From contig OX597816.1 in the NCBI GenBank assembly GCA_951406725.2, positions 8,184,001 to 8,248,000 on the forward strand: DNA of 64,000 bases. Reading direction: 5' to 3'. How positions within the stretch are numbered: position 1 is the stretch's first letter; every line of letters begins with the position of its first letter. Origin of the DNA: Octopus vulgaris (lineage: Eukaryota). This document shows, in pieces, positions 39,085 through 53,928 of the stretch. Made by a program: the position numbers and the translations under genes. Below the pieces are notes generated by a model. It did not search any database. It saw only the letters and a list, made by a program, of their open reading frames with translations, and was not told the DNA's origin.

Positions 39085-40620
39085 TTATTTGATAAGCCCA
39101 GTCACGCAACATCGTCAAAACAACTCGCATCTTTATTTGTTATAATGTGGGTTTTTCCCCGCTCGAGTTGCTCTAAATCCAACTTTGACCTTATAGAATA
39201 TTATTTTTCAAATTTCTTTTTCATTTCTTTTCCCTTGAACTTATATTTGTTTCCATTTTCACTCTATATTTACATTTCTATTCACTGTTCCAATCTCTTT
39301 AATTACTTGCTCGTCTGGTAATAACCTCACATGACAACTTTTCTACTCCGTAAAATCAAAATCCGTGCTTCTTCTCCGAAATCTTCCCCCGTATCGATAC
39401 TAAATATACGAATTACAACTCCTTGACATTCGCTCTTTTCTTCCATATTAAGAGGTTCCATGAATAGGGGATGATTCATTTTAGACTATTTTCTAAGATA
39501 TAATCAACTGCAACTTTCCGTAAAATCAGCGTTAAAAGTATCATACCCACAACGAACAATAGAGATGATAAACTGTCTCCTTGGCAGACTCCTCTCTATT
39601 TCAACTTCTCCCTGTAACTTATTTGATGGCTTGTGTTCTCATTAATAGTTTTGTATCCAATGGAGCCAGTAAAAATTATCCACTCCAAATAACTTGGAGC
39701 GTTCTTTTATCCACGAACTAGCAGTATCACCCGGCGTTGCTCGGGTTTGTTTCGACCCTTTAGAATTGGAAGTAACTTTTGCATTATGTAGCTTGTTATT
39801 CTCTTTAAGTGAACATTTTTCTGGTTGAAATACACCGAAAAATGGCGACACAGCAGTCAAAAAATCGTAAAAAATAGAGATTTTCATAGAAAAAAAGCAC
39901 TATTTTGATGTAAATAATTTTTGGTGTTAATATGGTCCGATTTGAATTTTTTTCTTCTACGGACGGAAGAGCAAGCCTTCTTCTATCTTACTCTCAATTT
40001 TTGTCAACTTGCGCCGCAGGGTCTCGGAGGAGATAGTGTTAGTTGAAGGCTACCAAACCTGCCATGCACAGACAACTTCAGCTTTATATAGAGAGATGAA
40101 GAACCGAATCAAACACTTTTCCGTAATCTATTCCGGCTACAGCCGAGTTCTAATGTCTTCTCTCACAATATCTTATTAGAACTTGATTTTTAGTCCCAAT
40201 GCTTTATCTATGACAGTCCATTTATTTCTCTACCAATAAATTTTCAGCTTTAATAAGTACGTATTAACTGCAAAATTAAGTCAACAGCTTTCTCATCAAA
40301 GGAAGGTCAATGAGCGACAATTATCAACACATTTTCCCTTTGATTCGTCTTTCATCCATGCGGGCATCTTATTCTGACAGCTTATTCAGTTCCACAAATG
40401 TTCTTTCATGCATCAATTTGAATGTTTTAACCAACATACTTGAACATGAGCAAGGGCTGGAGTTTTACCAAATGACAATTTTGTTACACCACCTGTAAAA
40501 TGTATTCATTTTCATGCTTAAAGATTTTCATACTATTCCCAAGTGATTTCAACCATTCGCATCGTATTCATTTTTTTTTTTCTTTATTCCAAATTTTCCC
40601 CCAGAACTTCTTTCTTGTAC
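39085..40620 (-). mobile_element. Old Dong-clade RT fragment interrupted by a Helitron
   Basis: Minus strand reads DYGKVFDSVLH|SWIKE across the Helitron insertion, then QGDSLSSLLFVVGMILLTLILRK...NHPLFME. Confidence 0.75.
39718..40096 (-). mobile_element. Non-autonomous Helitron, family 1
   Basis: Reverse complement of 8227-8620; inserted at A|T within a His codon of the Dong RT with no duplication. Confidence 0.88.
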
Positions 40621-41017
40621 ACTTGGTACCTCACGTTGGTAACTTACATATTTCCGTAGAACTCCTTATATATTCTTTATTAGCCATCCGAGTTCAAATT
40701 CCGCCGAGGTCGACTTTGCCTTTCATCCTTTCGGGGTCGATAAATTGAGTACCAGTTGCGTACTAGAGTCGATCGAATCGACTGGCCCCCTCCCCCAAAT
40801 TTCGGGCCTTGTGCCTAGAGTAGAATAGATTCTGTATTAACCATATTCAATCTAGGATTATCGCTTTATTGGTTTAATCTTTATTCATGTCTTTCTGTTT
40901 AAAACTCGCGTTACATCACGTTACATTCAAAGCACTTAAAATATTATTTTTCCCTCTAAAATATATCGTTGAAGCATTTACTAGCGAGACAGGCCATTAT
41001 GCTTTACCAGGCTAATA

Positions 41018-41068
<51 letters not shown>

Positions 41069-41070
41069 TA

Positions 41071-41153
<83 letters not shown>

Positions 41154-41200
41154 GAGGTAGGTACGTACATATATGTTTATATATATGCATATATTTTATT

Positions 41201-41241
<41 letters not shown>

Positions 41242-41246
41242 TGCCC

Positions 41247-41286
<40 letters not shown>

Positions 41287-42269
41287 CTATCTAGCTATCT
41301 ATCTATCTTGTCCCCCCTCTCTCTCTCTTTCTCGCTCATTGATTATACACAACCCTCAACAGATAACTCTATGGTTTGTCCTTTTTTAACTGTTTAACTG
41401 ACTTTTCCCCATTGTTTAAAATTCTTGGAATTTTATATGAAGTTGTAAGCTCTTTAAAAAGAGCCACAATATTCCCCTAAAATATCTCGTTCAAGAAAGC
41501 TGGAGGTAGCTATCGGGGCAGGCCATTTCGTTTAAGCAAGTGCATGTATGTGTGACAGCCCTCGTTCTTGGTTGAGTGTACAATTCTAGCAGCCCAGCTG
41601 AAAGGTGAGTGGGGGCGTGGGTGCAACATAACAAAGGGGAATAATCAGGACAAAAATCCGTAACTAACAGCAACGGGAAACCGGTTCAACGCGAACATGG
41701 TCGGCTCGTTAGCGACTGAATTCGTAATCCCCACCGAGATTGGACAAGAGATTGGAAGGAGGGAAATTTGGAGACATACTGCGATGTGAAAAGAAAAATT
41801 CTTTAAAGTGCGGATGAATTCAGCGTGTGTCCTATTGATGTTGTTGAAATTCCAATGAAGGAACCTTGGATCAAGATTAGAAACCGACTCTTTCCCTATT
41901 GTCAGATAAAGGGGAAACAGTCAAATCATTGATGGAGATGTTACTGGGAAATACACACATATATACATACATACTTTGTATCATTTTAGCTTTCGAATGA
42001 TGCCACCCCGCTAGCTAGGCGAGCAGACCAACAATTATCCATGCACATACACACCCCGATCGGAAGACTAGTCCGTCACAGGTTAAGCCTTTTACAGCCG
42101 AGGAGACTGGAGCAACGTGAAAAGGTGTATTTTGCTCAAGAACAAAACGCACCGCTCGATCCGGGATTTGAACCCTCGATCTAGCGATCGTGATTGCAAC
42201 ACCCTAACCACAAGGCTATATATATGTAAATTTGTAAATTAAAGAATGTATGCAATAGAAAAGGTAAAG

Positions 42270-42357
42270 TAAAACTACATATGTTTCCAAGCTAAATTTA
42301 ACATGCTTTACATAACTTGTAACATAAAAACACCCTTTAGTTTTTCCTCAGATCTAA
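42270..42357 (-). ncRNA. Type I hammerhead motif with long stem II (partly decayed)
   Basis: TTAGAT-CTGAGGA-AAAACTAAA...TTTAGCTTG-GAAAC-ATAT-GTA-GTTTTA. Confidence 0.6.
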
Positions 42358-42603
42358 TTAACTGCAGTTGTTTGTATCGCTGCAAGGGGAAGAGTGAATG
42401 ATTCACTAATAATAAAATAGTAGATGCAAATAGCAGATCAAATAACCAATGAGATTCATTGCCAACAGGGAGACACTATTTGATTGGAGAACGCAGGAAG
42501 TGTTTACAGATGTGAATTAACTAAGGGAGAAAGAATCTGGGTATAGGAGGAAAGGGCAGCGGAGATAGCAAAAATGAACACGGGAGGTAAGAAGGTTTAG
42601 AAA

Positions 42604-42964
42604 GGCGGCGAGCTGGCAGAAGCGTTAGCACGCCGGGCGAAATGCTTAGCGGTATTTCGTCTGCCATTAAATATTAAATAAGTACCAGTTACGCACTGGG
42701 GTCGATATAATCGACTTAATCCATTTGTCTGTCCTTGTTTGTTCCCTCTGTGTTTAGCCCCTTGTGGGTAGTAAAGAAATAGGTATTTTGTCTGCCGCTA
42801 CGTTCTGAGTTCAAATTCCGCCGAGGTCGACTTTGTCTTTCATCCTTTCGGGGTCGATTAAATAAGTACCAGTTACGCATTGGGGTCGATATAATCGACT
42901 TAATCCGTTTGTCTGTCCTTGTTTGTCCCCTCTGTGTGTAGCCCCTTGTGGGCAGTAAGGAAAT
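42604..42964 (+). mobile_element. SINE family B dimer with 16 bp TSD
   Basis: TAAGAAGGTTTAGAAA on both sides. Confidence 0.9.
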
Positions 42965-44413
42965 AAGAAGGTTTAGAAACAGGGCAATAAACTCAGCCTT
43001 TTGGCGCCGAAGAAATAGTGAAAGACAAGTGGAAGAGAAGGAAAATTAGAAAATACAGGATTTGGCGTCACCGTTAAGAGAATCAACTCACAGCCACAGG
43101 CATCGAAATGCTGTAAATATTAAAATGTATAAAGAATAAATAAATAAACGAAAACCAAAAAAACAATGTTGGTGCGTAAAAAATACAAAAACTACGCACA
43201 AAATGAAAAAAACAATTGCGTGGGCGTATATAAACACATACATAAAATGTATTAAAAAAACATAAAAAAATATATTATATTAATACTTTTTAAAATATAA
43301 AGCATTTGAAAATTAGAAAATGGTTTCAACGAAAATAAAATAAGAAGGCTCAGAGAAAATATGTAAACATGGAGCAATCCTGCAAAATGTATGTGTAAAA
43401 GTGTGCAAACGTATATACGATTATAAGTAGGAGTAAAAATGAAATTTATAGATATTGATCAATAGAAATAAAATACAAGAAGAAATGTTTCCTTCTCGAG
43501 CCACGCCAGGCTCATAAGGGCCGGTTTCCCGGTTTCAATGGCGTTTGATATTCCCCACCTGGATGTGACACTAGGGTTGCTGCTTTGGTGTTAGGGTAAG
43601 GTGTTAGAAGTGGTGACATAATAAAGGTGGAGGTTTCAAATCTCTGCCAGGAAGTTCATTTCGGGCGTTGTGAGTGTTTATTGAGCGAAAACACCTAAAA
43701 GCTCCACGAGGCTCCGGCAGGGGATGGTGGTGATCCCTGCTGTACTCTTTCACCACAACTTTCTCTCACTCTTACTTCCTGCTTCTGTTGTACCTGTATT
43801 TCAAAGGGCCGGCCTTGTCACTCTCTGTGTCACGCTGAATATCCCCGAGAACTACGTTCAGGGTGCACGTGTCTGTGGAGTGCTCAGCCACTTACACGTT
43901 AATTTCACGAGCAGGCTGTTCCGTTGATCGGATCAACCGGAACCCTCGTCGTCGTAACCGACGGAGTGCTTCCAGGGACACTAGTCTGTCGCAGGGTTAT
44001 TTCTTTTTGTCAGCTGAGTGAACTGGAGCAACGTGAATTGAAGTGTTTCGCTCAAAAACACAATGCATCACCTGGTCCAGGAATCGAAACCACAATCTTA
44101 CGATCATGGGTCCAATACGTGCAAGTGGCTAAGCACTCCACAGACACGTGTACCCTAAACGTAGTTCTCGGGGGAGATTCAGCGTGACACAGAGAGTGAC
44201 AAGGCCGGCCCCTTGAAATACAGGTACAACAGAAACAGGAAGTAAGAGTGAGAGAAAGTTGTAGTGAAAGAGAACAGCAGGGTTCGCCACCCACCCCCTG
44301 CCGGAGCCTCGTGGAGCTTTAGGAGTTTTCGCTCAATATACACTCACAACGAAACAGCGATCCTATGACCGCGAGTCCGCTGCCGTAACTACCGGGCCAT
44401 TGCGCCCCCACCC

Positions 44414-44464
<51 letters not shown>

Positions 44465-44687
44465 GAGAGAGAGAGAGAGACACACACACACAATACTCCT
44501 ACTTCTACAACTACTTCTACTACTACTACTACTACTACTACTGCTACTTCTACCTAGTACCACTCCCTCAATTACCCTCACCCCCTTGTAACCTGCCTTC
44601 ACCTATTCTACTTAAACATCTCAAACTTACCCCACCTTACCCATACAATGGCCATTCTTCAAGTACTCTTCTTGTTATTTCCAGCAA

Positions 44688-44806
44688 TGGCTCTGACGAA
44701 AGTAGCATTGATTTTCTTAAGTCGTTCAATTTGCCTCAATCGATCAATAGACCAACTGAGTAAATGTAATGCACCTATAATGACTACTGGAAACAGCTCT
44801 AAGCCA
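44688..44806 (+). ncRNA. Type I hammerhead motif with about 90 nt stem II domain (stem III mismatch)
   Basis: TGGCT-CTGACGA-AAGTAGCATT...AATGACTACTG-GAAAC-AGCT-CTA-AGCCA; palindromic AGCT loop III. Confidence 0.65.
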
Positions 44807-45191
44807 AATTTGCTCTAAAAAGGAATTTTTCTCATGACCATTACTTTTAACTTATATATATATCAGAAAAAAACCCCACCTTTTATCAATTCAATAATGA
44901 AAAATTAAATTTTACCATCTAGAAAAATTACGTGTCGTTATTCTTCCAAATATATACGTTTTATTTATTATTTTGCACATTACTTAATCTTGTTATATGT
45001 TTTATCTTATATCTAATCTTTCTATAAGTTGTAAGTTTTCTAAATGGTGGGAGTTTTTTTCTAATTTATATATATATATATTATATTTGGTAAAATTTGA
45101 TTTAGTATTTCTAAATTGAATTTTTCCCTGTAAGTTTGGAATAATATTCCCTCATATTATTATTATTATTATCATTATTATTATTATTATG

Positions 45192-45223
<32 letters not shown>

Positions 45224-45334
45224 ACTTATACATGTGTGTGTGCGGGCGCATTTGTGCATGTTTGTATATACATATGATAGGCTTCTTTCTGTTCCAGTCT
45301 ACCAAATTCAATCACAAGGTTTTCCCGAGGCTAT

Positions 45335-45552
45335 ATACAAGGGGAGGTCAAAACTTATCCACACTTTCATCGAAACATCATTATTATTGTCACACTGCCT
45401 TCTGCGCATGTGTAATTATAGTTGGTACTATTGTGGTCACGTGATCGAAGTTTGAACCTGGTTGCGCTATTTTCCTTTCTGGCTTTACAGTGTAAGCATC
45501 GTCTCTCCACTAGAAATGAGCACCAAAGAAAAATAAAGAGCAGTGATCCGAG
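45335..45552 (+). mobile_element. Possible mariner 5' end fragment
   Basis: TA-CAAGGGGAGGTCAAAACTTATCC TIR-like start and MSTKEK*RAVIR resembling a mariner N-terminus. Confidence 0.4.
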
Positions 45553-46174
45553 AGTGTAATTTGTAGAACTGTATACATGTCCAGTCTCATGCGGACGTCT
45601 CGTGTATAGTTCCGAAAATTATATTTGCAATGACGGTCATGCTGAGGAGCTACGAACAAATTGCGTAAGTAAAATTACTTAAATGTTGAGAGTGAAATAT
45701 ATCCATGATTAATCTATAGTTTTGTTATTTCTCATTTGTCTTGCTCGATTACGTTCTGGCGTTTGCTGAATTTTCTTGAGAACATTTCTTAGTGTAAGAC
45801 CATAGCGGATGTACTTCTAGCATAAGGGCTGTCCACGTTGTTGTCATCCCTCTCATATATATATATATGTGTGTGTGTGTGTGTATGTATGTAATATAAT
45901 TTTCTGAACCTTCAGATTTTAATATGCTAGACCACTGGTTTTCAATTCATATTAATCAAATTAATATTCAATTTTTCACCTTCATTTTAAATTTTAATTA
46001 CAGGAGATTCCGAAGTTGGCTGGAGGCCGTAGTTGAATCCAATGGCGGTTTTATTGAAATAATTTTACACTTTATTATTTCAAGATAGTTTTTATGTAAT
46101 CTTGATAATTATATCTGTTAAAATGAGATGTCAGTGTTATTTTAGACGACAATATATTCACCGCACCTTGTATA

Positions 46175-46242
<68 letters not shown>

Positions 46243-46344
46243 GTGGATTTGTTTTGGCAGCCAGATTTGTGCCTGATTAGCGGCACTGGGAAAAGACAAT
46301 TAATGTTGTTTTATATTACAGCCATTCTTTGGTCGCCATAGGCT

Positions 46345-46690
46345 ATTCAACTTAAGAGTTATTGTTTGCAGAGATATATTCGAGCGTAGGTGGTTTATTT
46401 GCAATTTATTGGAGATATTCATCAGGAACAAATTGAATGCTATTATATCTTTCTCTTGTGTGTCTTGGCATGGTGTTAAAGAGAGCAGGGCCAGTTGAGG
46501 TGAAACAGTTCTGTCTTAGCGTTGTCATGTAATGCGAACATAATTATTGTAGAGAGCGGTTGGCAGGGGGAACAAGCCTTGGGGGAATTTTAAAATTAAT
46601 ACCAAAATTATTTGAACAATGATTTTGGAATATTTTCCACGTCATACAAATAATATAGCGTTCGCGACGGCGTTGGTGGGAATAAAATTT
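46345..46690 (-). mobile_element. CR1-group LINE 3' fragment
   Basis: KFYSHQRRRERYIICMTWKIFQNHCSNNFGINFKIPPRL, homologous to 23280-23410. Confidence 0.8.
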
Positions 46691-47540
46691 GAACTTCTCT
46701 TTGAATTTCATTCTTTTCTCCTTTTCTCCAATTCCACGCTTGGTCACCTGTTCCTTATTCACTGTCTTTAGTAGTTTCTCTGTGTTGTTCTGTAAATATT
46801 TTACTTGGCTTTCTTCTTTCCGTCTGCACAAACTCTTCCACGGCAATTAAGCCTCTTCCACCCTGCTCTCTCTTCAAGTACAGCCGGTTGATATCAGTTT
46901 TCGGATGGTGGGCTCCATACATTTTCAACAGCGTTCTCGTTTTCCTGTCGAGTTTCTGCATGTCGTTTTTGGTCCAGTCAACAATTCCAACTCTATGTCT
47001 AATTACAGGTACAACTCTTGCATTTATTACTTCAGTAACATTTTTTTAAATCCAGCTTTGACTTCAGATTTTGTTGGAACTCTTGGATTCTTGTATGAGT
47101 AGCGGGTTTGTTACCTGCAGCCTACGTTCTCATGTTGTCTGTTCTTTTCAACTCTCCAATACTTTCCTGACGATCCTGGCCATACCAACGAGACAAACCT
47201 TTTGAAATAGCTCTACTGGGCCCTCTATTCCGATTTCCCTTACATTCCTCTTCATGCTTTCTGATATTTTCCCCAAAGACCCAACGATAATTGGCGCTAT
47301 CTTCACCTTCTTCATTTTCCACAGTAGACCTATCTCATATTTAGGAGAATTGTATATGTCTGTTTTCTCGCTTTGATTTTTGACTATTCGTGGATCAAAG
47401 GAACACGAATCATCAATTATAGAGCACATGTGGTTCACTTTGTCCAGCACCATTAGGTCTGGTTTTTTGTGCTCAAGCACCTGGTCCGTTTGGATTGGGA
47501 AATCCCACAAGATTTTGCAGGTCTCCAACTCCGCCACTCT
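46690..47540 (-). mobile_element. Two Dong-clade fragments (thumb region and REL C-terminus)
   Basis: LDRKTRTLLKMYGAHHPKTDINRLYLKREQGGRGL (46755-46961); KILWDFPIQTD...KPDL...PIIVGSLG...IVRKVL (47148-47537). Confidence 0.85.
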
Positions 47541-48534
47541 GTGGTTTGTTGTCCGAGAACATTACCGTCACAGAACTCGTTTGATATTCCATCTCAAGTG
47601 TATTTCAACAACAATGAAGCATAGAGAAGATGCAGTGCTGGGATAGAGTACCGTGTCATCTGCAGAGGCTGGGGTACTGTCAATAACTGCCTTGGAAGAA
47701 AGGGCTGTACTTGTCAGCCTGTAAAAATTATCTTAAAAGGTTTTCCTGGAGTAATATGACAACATAGTAGCCATTTTTCAACCGTACAATACTTGCACCA
47801 AACATGGTAAGAGAAAAAAAAATCTCTGAGAATTGGACAAGTCAGAATCCAGATTTGATTCCAATAAAGAATTTTAGGATAGAAAATTATTCGACGAAAA
47901 TGTGCAAACTCTTCTCGTTTTTTGGAAGCCGTGAAACGAATGAGACAATATTGACATTTTTGGTTTAAAAAAAACAGCTACCCGATAGGTTTGCCCCTAA
48001 GTCTGGCGAACTTCAAAAATGATAAAGAATTCTAAAACTTATTCCTGTTTTTGCATGGATTTTCAAAATAAAATAAAGCAGTGGCTGCAAAAATTGATTA
48101 AAAATTGATCCACCCCATTTTTTGTTCGAGCGTGAAAACTAATTCACTTCTTATTTTTATGGTATTAATTCTTTATCTTTTTGTGAATAAATGATTGATT
48201 CAATAAAAAATATGACTATTATTGATTATAAACAAGAAACTGTTGTTCTTTTTTTTATTAAAAAAAAATAACAAAAAGTAGTTTCTTGTTTAGAATCAGT
48301 GAATAAGCCATAATACTGGTTTCAAATTTTGGCACAAGGCCAGCAATTTCGGGGGAGAGGGAGGGGGAAGTCGATTGCATCGACCCCGGTACTCACCTGG
48401 CACTTATTTTATCGACCCTACAAGGATGAAAGGCAAAGTCGACCTTGGCGGAATTTGACCTCAAAATATGAAGACGGATGACATGCCGCTAAACGTTATG
48501 CTTGGCGTGGTAACGACTCCACCCACTCGCCGCC

Positions 48535-48591
<57 letters not shown>

Positions 48592-49093
48592 TGGTATAAA
48601 AGATGGGCTACAGCAAATACTCTGCTCAATACCACAGATTTTCTTGCCAGTTGTTTGACCTTAACCAGTCGAGCATGTCCCTTAGGGGCTGACAATATGT
48701 GCATCTCTGATCACGAGCAGAAGTAGTGGGGGAGCATCATAGCCATGTGTTGAGAGGGATTGTTTGGGGTTTGAATAATTCACCTCTGGAAACATGTGTG
48801 TTTCGTTCAACATCCTTAAACAATCTTTATTCAGGGACCTTTTGAGTGGGATGGGTTACTCGACCAGAAGAAAATTCTAATTGGACCCCACCTGCAAGGT
48901 CATGTGCTGTTTATCTTGATATGGGATCACCATGTCGCGCACATATGGTTGTGATGCATGTGCCTAGTGTACCCTTATCAGACGGGTAGTCATGATGGGT
49001 ATACTGGGCTTCGTATATTTTACCCCAGTGTCACTTTGATGACATGCACTGCTATCTCACTCAATAATAATAATAAAAATAATAATAATGATG

Positions 49094-49148
<55 letters not shown>

Positions 49149-50716
49149 TAATAATAATAATGGACTATGTTTGAAGAATCTTTGTTCCATTGCCATTTGT
49201 ACAATTTCATGTCACGTCATGATTTAGTGAAATACAGAAACTTTCATTTCTTCTCTTGTAGACTCGATATGGTTCACTACTGATATATCGATACCTCTGT
49301 ACATCAGCATATTATTGAGAAAAGAAAAATCATCGACAATCGATCCCGCAACCCAATTACAATTTTTAGTAGAAGCTATTAACTTTCATTTTTGTTAATG
49401 ATGCCTTTAGAAAAAGTATGAACACCACAACGTCTTCTGTGTCCTTCATGAAAATATATTAATTACTGGAAATTTCTCGGATTTTATACTGGCAAAGAAA
49501 GCCAACAGAACAATACCGAATGTCTATAAACTTAGATTCACAGCGTCCGTCAGCACGTCTGCGTCGTGTTCGCTGTAGCGTTTTTAGCTTCTTACAGAAA
49601 TATCGAGGTAAAGATTCTGACAAACACAAAATATTATCGATGTTTTCGACACAGAGAAAGCTCGTATGATATAAAGACATAAAAAAAAGTATGTACTTTG
49701 TTGGAGCAACGAACCGGAAATTGTTTTATAACCTCCAAAATGGTGAAATGTTTCACTTCAAATCTCAAGAAAGACATGATATTTAAATTAAATAAACCAA
49801 TTTATTAATTTTGTTTTTGTCTCTGTACACGGACACAGTGTTTTGTAAATATATAAACTTTGTTAAAACACGTAAATACTTTAATATTTAAACTCAGCAT
49901 TGATAAATAGGGGAGTTAGTAGTACAATAAACGTATATAACTGTTTTCCGGGACGTCATGAAAATAGAAAAATAGTATAAATAATATTGACTGTTATCTA
50001 ATAAAAACAGAACTGCATGTCTCGAGGAGTTTCTTTTCAAGTTGGAAAAGCAACCGTTTATAAGAAAAGTATTGATTTCAATCCAATTCGTAAAATGTCC
50101 TATATTCTAAGGAACTTGAAGCTTTCCCAAAAAGCAATAGTAGTCCACGTGTCTATGATTCACGTCACTTGGAGTTCGTTACAAAGAGAATATTGATTTC
50201 AGAGGGACGCTTAAGGTAACAGTTTAGCTGTGAATTAACCTGGCGTACTGTTAGTTATTTTACAGGTAAATTAGCCAAAGCGTGATTTGTACTCGATACA
50301 TAACTGAATCTTGCATGATTTTAACTACTGACATTTTTATTAACCTTCTTTTGATTGAAGCAACTTTCTAAAAAGCAGGGATTTGAACTCAGAATGTGGA
50401 AGAACATATTTATATAATCCTTTCTACTGAAAGCACAAGGTCTGAAATTTGGGGTGGTGGGGACCAGTCGATTACATCGACCCCAGTGTTTCATTGGTAC
50501 TTAATCTATCGACCCTGAAGGAATGAAAGGCTAAGTCAACCTCGACAGAATTTGAACTCAGAACGTAACGACGGGGGAAATGCTTAGTGGTATTTGGCCC
50601 GGCGAAATTTTTCATGTATATATATATATATGTAGGTCCCGGGTTGAGTCGGGGTTAACCACAGTAAATAAGGTACTCAATACATAGCAGAGTAAATTAA
50701 TTTATTTTATAGAAGG

Positions 50717-50765
50717 AGATTCTACAGGACTAGAACCGTTTCATTCAAATGAAATCATCAGGAAG

Positions 50766-50767
<2 letters not shown>
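50717..50767 (-). ncRNA. Type I hammerhead motif with 4 bp stem III
   Basis: AGCTTC-CTGATGA-TTTCATTTGAAT-GAAACGG TTCTAGTC CTGT-A-GAATCT; stem I 5 of 6 bp; abuts (TA)n. Confidence 0.65.
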
Positions 50768-50811
<44 letters not shown>

Positions 50812-52235
50812 TGTGATTTCGGAGATGAAAAAGTCCAACAAATCAACATCAGGACTTATTTTATGGGACAAAATGGAGGAAAAGGAAAGTCAGTTTTAGC
50901 AGGAGGTAAATTCATGATGGAGCAAGACTAATTAATACAAGGAATTTAGTCACTGCTCTGATAATAAGGATTAGCGAGACTCTCCGAAAATTCAAGATTT
51001 TTGTGTGTGTGTGTGTGTGTGTGTGGTAGGTAGCTTACTTACGAACCACATAGTTCCGGGTTCAGTCCTACTGCGTGGTACCTTAGGCAAGTGTCTGCTA
51101 CTATAGCCTCGGGCCGACTAAAGCCTTGTGAGTGGATTTGGTAGACGGAAACTGAAAGAAGCCCGTCGTATATATGTATATGTATATATATGTATGTGTG
51201 TGTGTGTGTGTTTACGTTCGTGTTTGTCCCCCCAACATCACTTGACAACCGATGCTGGTGTGTTTACGTCCCCGTAACTTAACGGTTCGGCAAAAAGATC
51301 GATTGAAGAAGTACTAGGCTTACAAAGAATAAGTCCTGGGGTCGACTTGCTCGACTAAAGGCGGTGCTCCAGCAGGGCTGCAGTCAAATGACTGAAACAA
51401 GTAAAAGATAGAAGAAAGAAAGATTCTTCTTATTTCAATTTTGATGTAAAAATCTATCAACGATTTTCATGATAACGAGCTTGACGGCGGATTGTAATTA
51501 TAGTTGTACATACGACAGTATGATAAACATTTATTATGTTGTTATTGACTTACAGTGTTGATGACAATATATGTCCAAGCCATGCTAGAATGTAAAGCGG
51601 GTGTAAATGATTATGATGATGAGTATAGTTCAGAAAATATAAATTTAAACAAAAATATTTGGAGATCAGTTAATAATCCTTTCTACTATAGGCTCAAGGC
51701 CTGAAATTTTGGGGGTGGGTGGGGAGTAGTTAAGTCGATTACATCGACCCCAGTACTCAACTGGTTCTTATTCTATCGACCCCGAAAAGGTGAAAGGCAA
51801 GGTCGGAATTTGAACTCAGGACGTAAGGACGGGCCAAATGCCGCTAAGCATTTAGTCCAGCGTGCTAAGGATTCTGCGAGCTCGCTGCTTTAAGATCAAT
51901 TATTAATGGTTTCAAGTTTTGGCACAAGTCTAGCAATTTCGCGTGTAGGGTTTAGTGTTTCAATAGTACTTAATTTATCGACCCCGAAAGGATGAAAGAC
52001 AAAGTCGAAACTCGGCGGAATTTGAACATAGAACGTGCAGACAGACGAAATGTCGCTAAGCATTTCGCTCGGTGTGCTAACAATTCGGCCAGCTCGCCGC
52101 CTGGAAGATCATTTAATAATAAAATGAGAAAACCATGATGTTTACCTCATTACAGACAATACTGTGTTGAAGACCACACCGAGTGCAATGTTTTTCGTTC
52201 AGTTCTTTATTTGCCGTTTCTCTAATCAGTCTACA

Positions 52236-52616
52236 TCTCTCTATATATAAAGCTGAAGTTGTCTGTGTATGGTAGGTTTGATAACCTTCAACTAACACTA
52301 TCTCCTCCGAGACCCTGCGACGCCAGTTGACCAAAATTGAGAGTATGATAGAAGAAGGCTTGCTCTTCCTTACGTAGAAGAAAAAAAATCAAATCGGACC
52401 ATGTTAACACCAAAAATTATTTACATCAAAAAGGTGCTTTTTTCTATGAAAATCCCTATTTTTGACTGCTGTGTCGCCATTTTTAGGTGTATTTCAACCA
52501 AAAAATTGTTCACTTAAAGAGAATAACAAGCAACATAATGCAAAATTTTTACTTTAAAAAAATTCCAATTCTAAAGGGTCAAAACAAACCCGAGCAACGC
52601 CGGGCGATGCTGCTAG
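52236..52616 (+). mobile_element. Non-autonomous Helitron, family 1
   Basis: A|TC...CCCGAGCAACGCCGGG...CTAG|T. Confidence 0.88.
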
Positions 52617-53188
52617 TAACTTTAATTTGCAACTCCTTGTTCCATTGACTACGGTAAATATATTTTTGGTGGACATTGAGTCTTATTTATTTTAAATGAT
52701 ATATTTGCATGCCTTTTTGTCATTCTATTTCTGGTTATCAATATTCGTTCTCCGGTTAAAGTAATATTTATTATCGATGCTTCGGCAAATTAATGAGAAG
52801 CACAATCGAACGATCAGAGAAAACACTTATCTCAGCGGCAGTAGAATAATCTTACTTTGATTTTGTTTCGGCTGGCGTTTAAATGTCCTGTCGAGCAGGC
52901 GCCTGTGAAATGTAATCGTGTTTCGTTTCGCCTTTCCATTACATTATAAATCATACATCTTATATGATCGGTGTCAATCAATAATCTCGAAAGATAACTA
53001 TTTGTTTTTCTTTTTTTTGTCACTAACGTCCTGTCTTTTGAGCGTCCACCATATTCCGTCCTCCAACTGCTTCTCGGTCGTCATCGACACTTCTCCCACA
53101 ATATCTCTTTGCATCAAAAATATAGAAGGTAAAGAATATATCAGATCCGGGCTCGATCTCAGAAAGCAGGTGAATTTCAGTTCAATAT

Positions 53189-53640
<452 letters not shown>

Positions 53641-53928
53641 CATTGTTGTTCTAGAGTGGAGGATTGAAATGCTGTCGTTTTATAACAGCCACGGCCGGTT
53701 GAAATATTGGAAATAATGGTCTGAGGGGAAGCATCAGAGTTGTTCCGTTGTGCAAGTCTTCCTGCTTCCGCACCACCCCCTTCACCTCTGCCTCAAGCAC
53801 TTACGCAGCCTTTTCTGAGTGCTACTGGCGGAAAGGGGGGAAGAGGAGGAGGAGGAGGAGGAGGAGAATAGACAAGACAGGGGAGTTGGTCTTGGGTTAG
53901 TCTTTTGGGAGTCTTTGTATGGGCTCTC

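Noticed and set aside
43663-44408. Inverted repeat as a novel fold-back
   Set aside because: Explained by two oppositely oriented SINE family C copies with different extents
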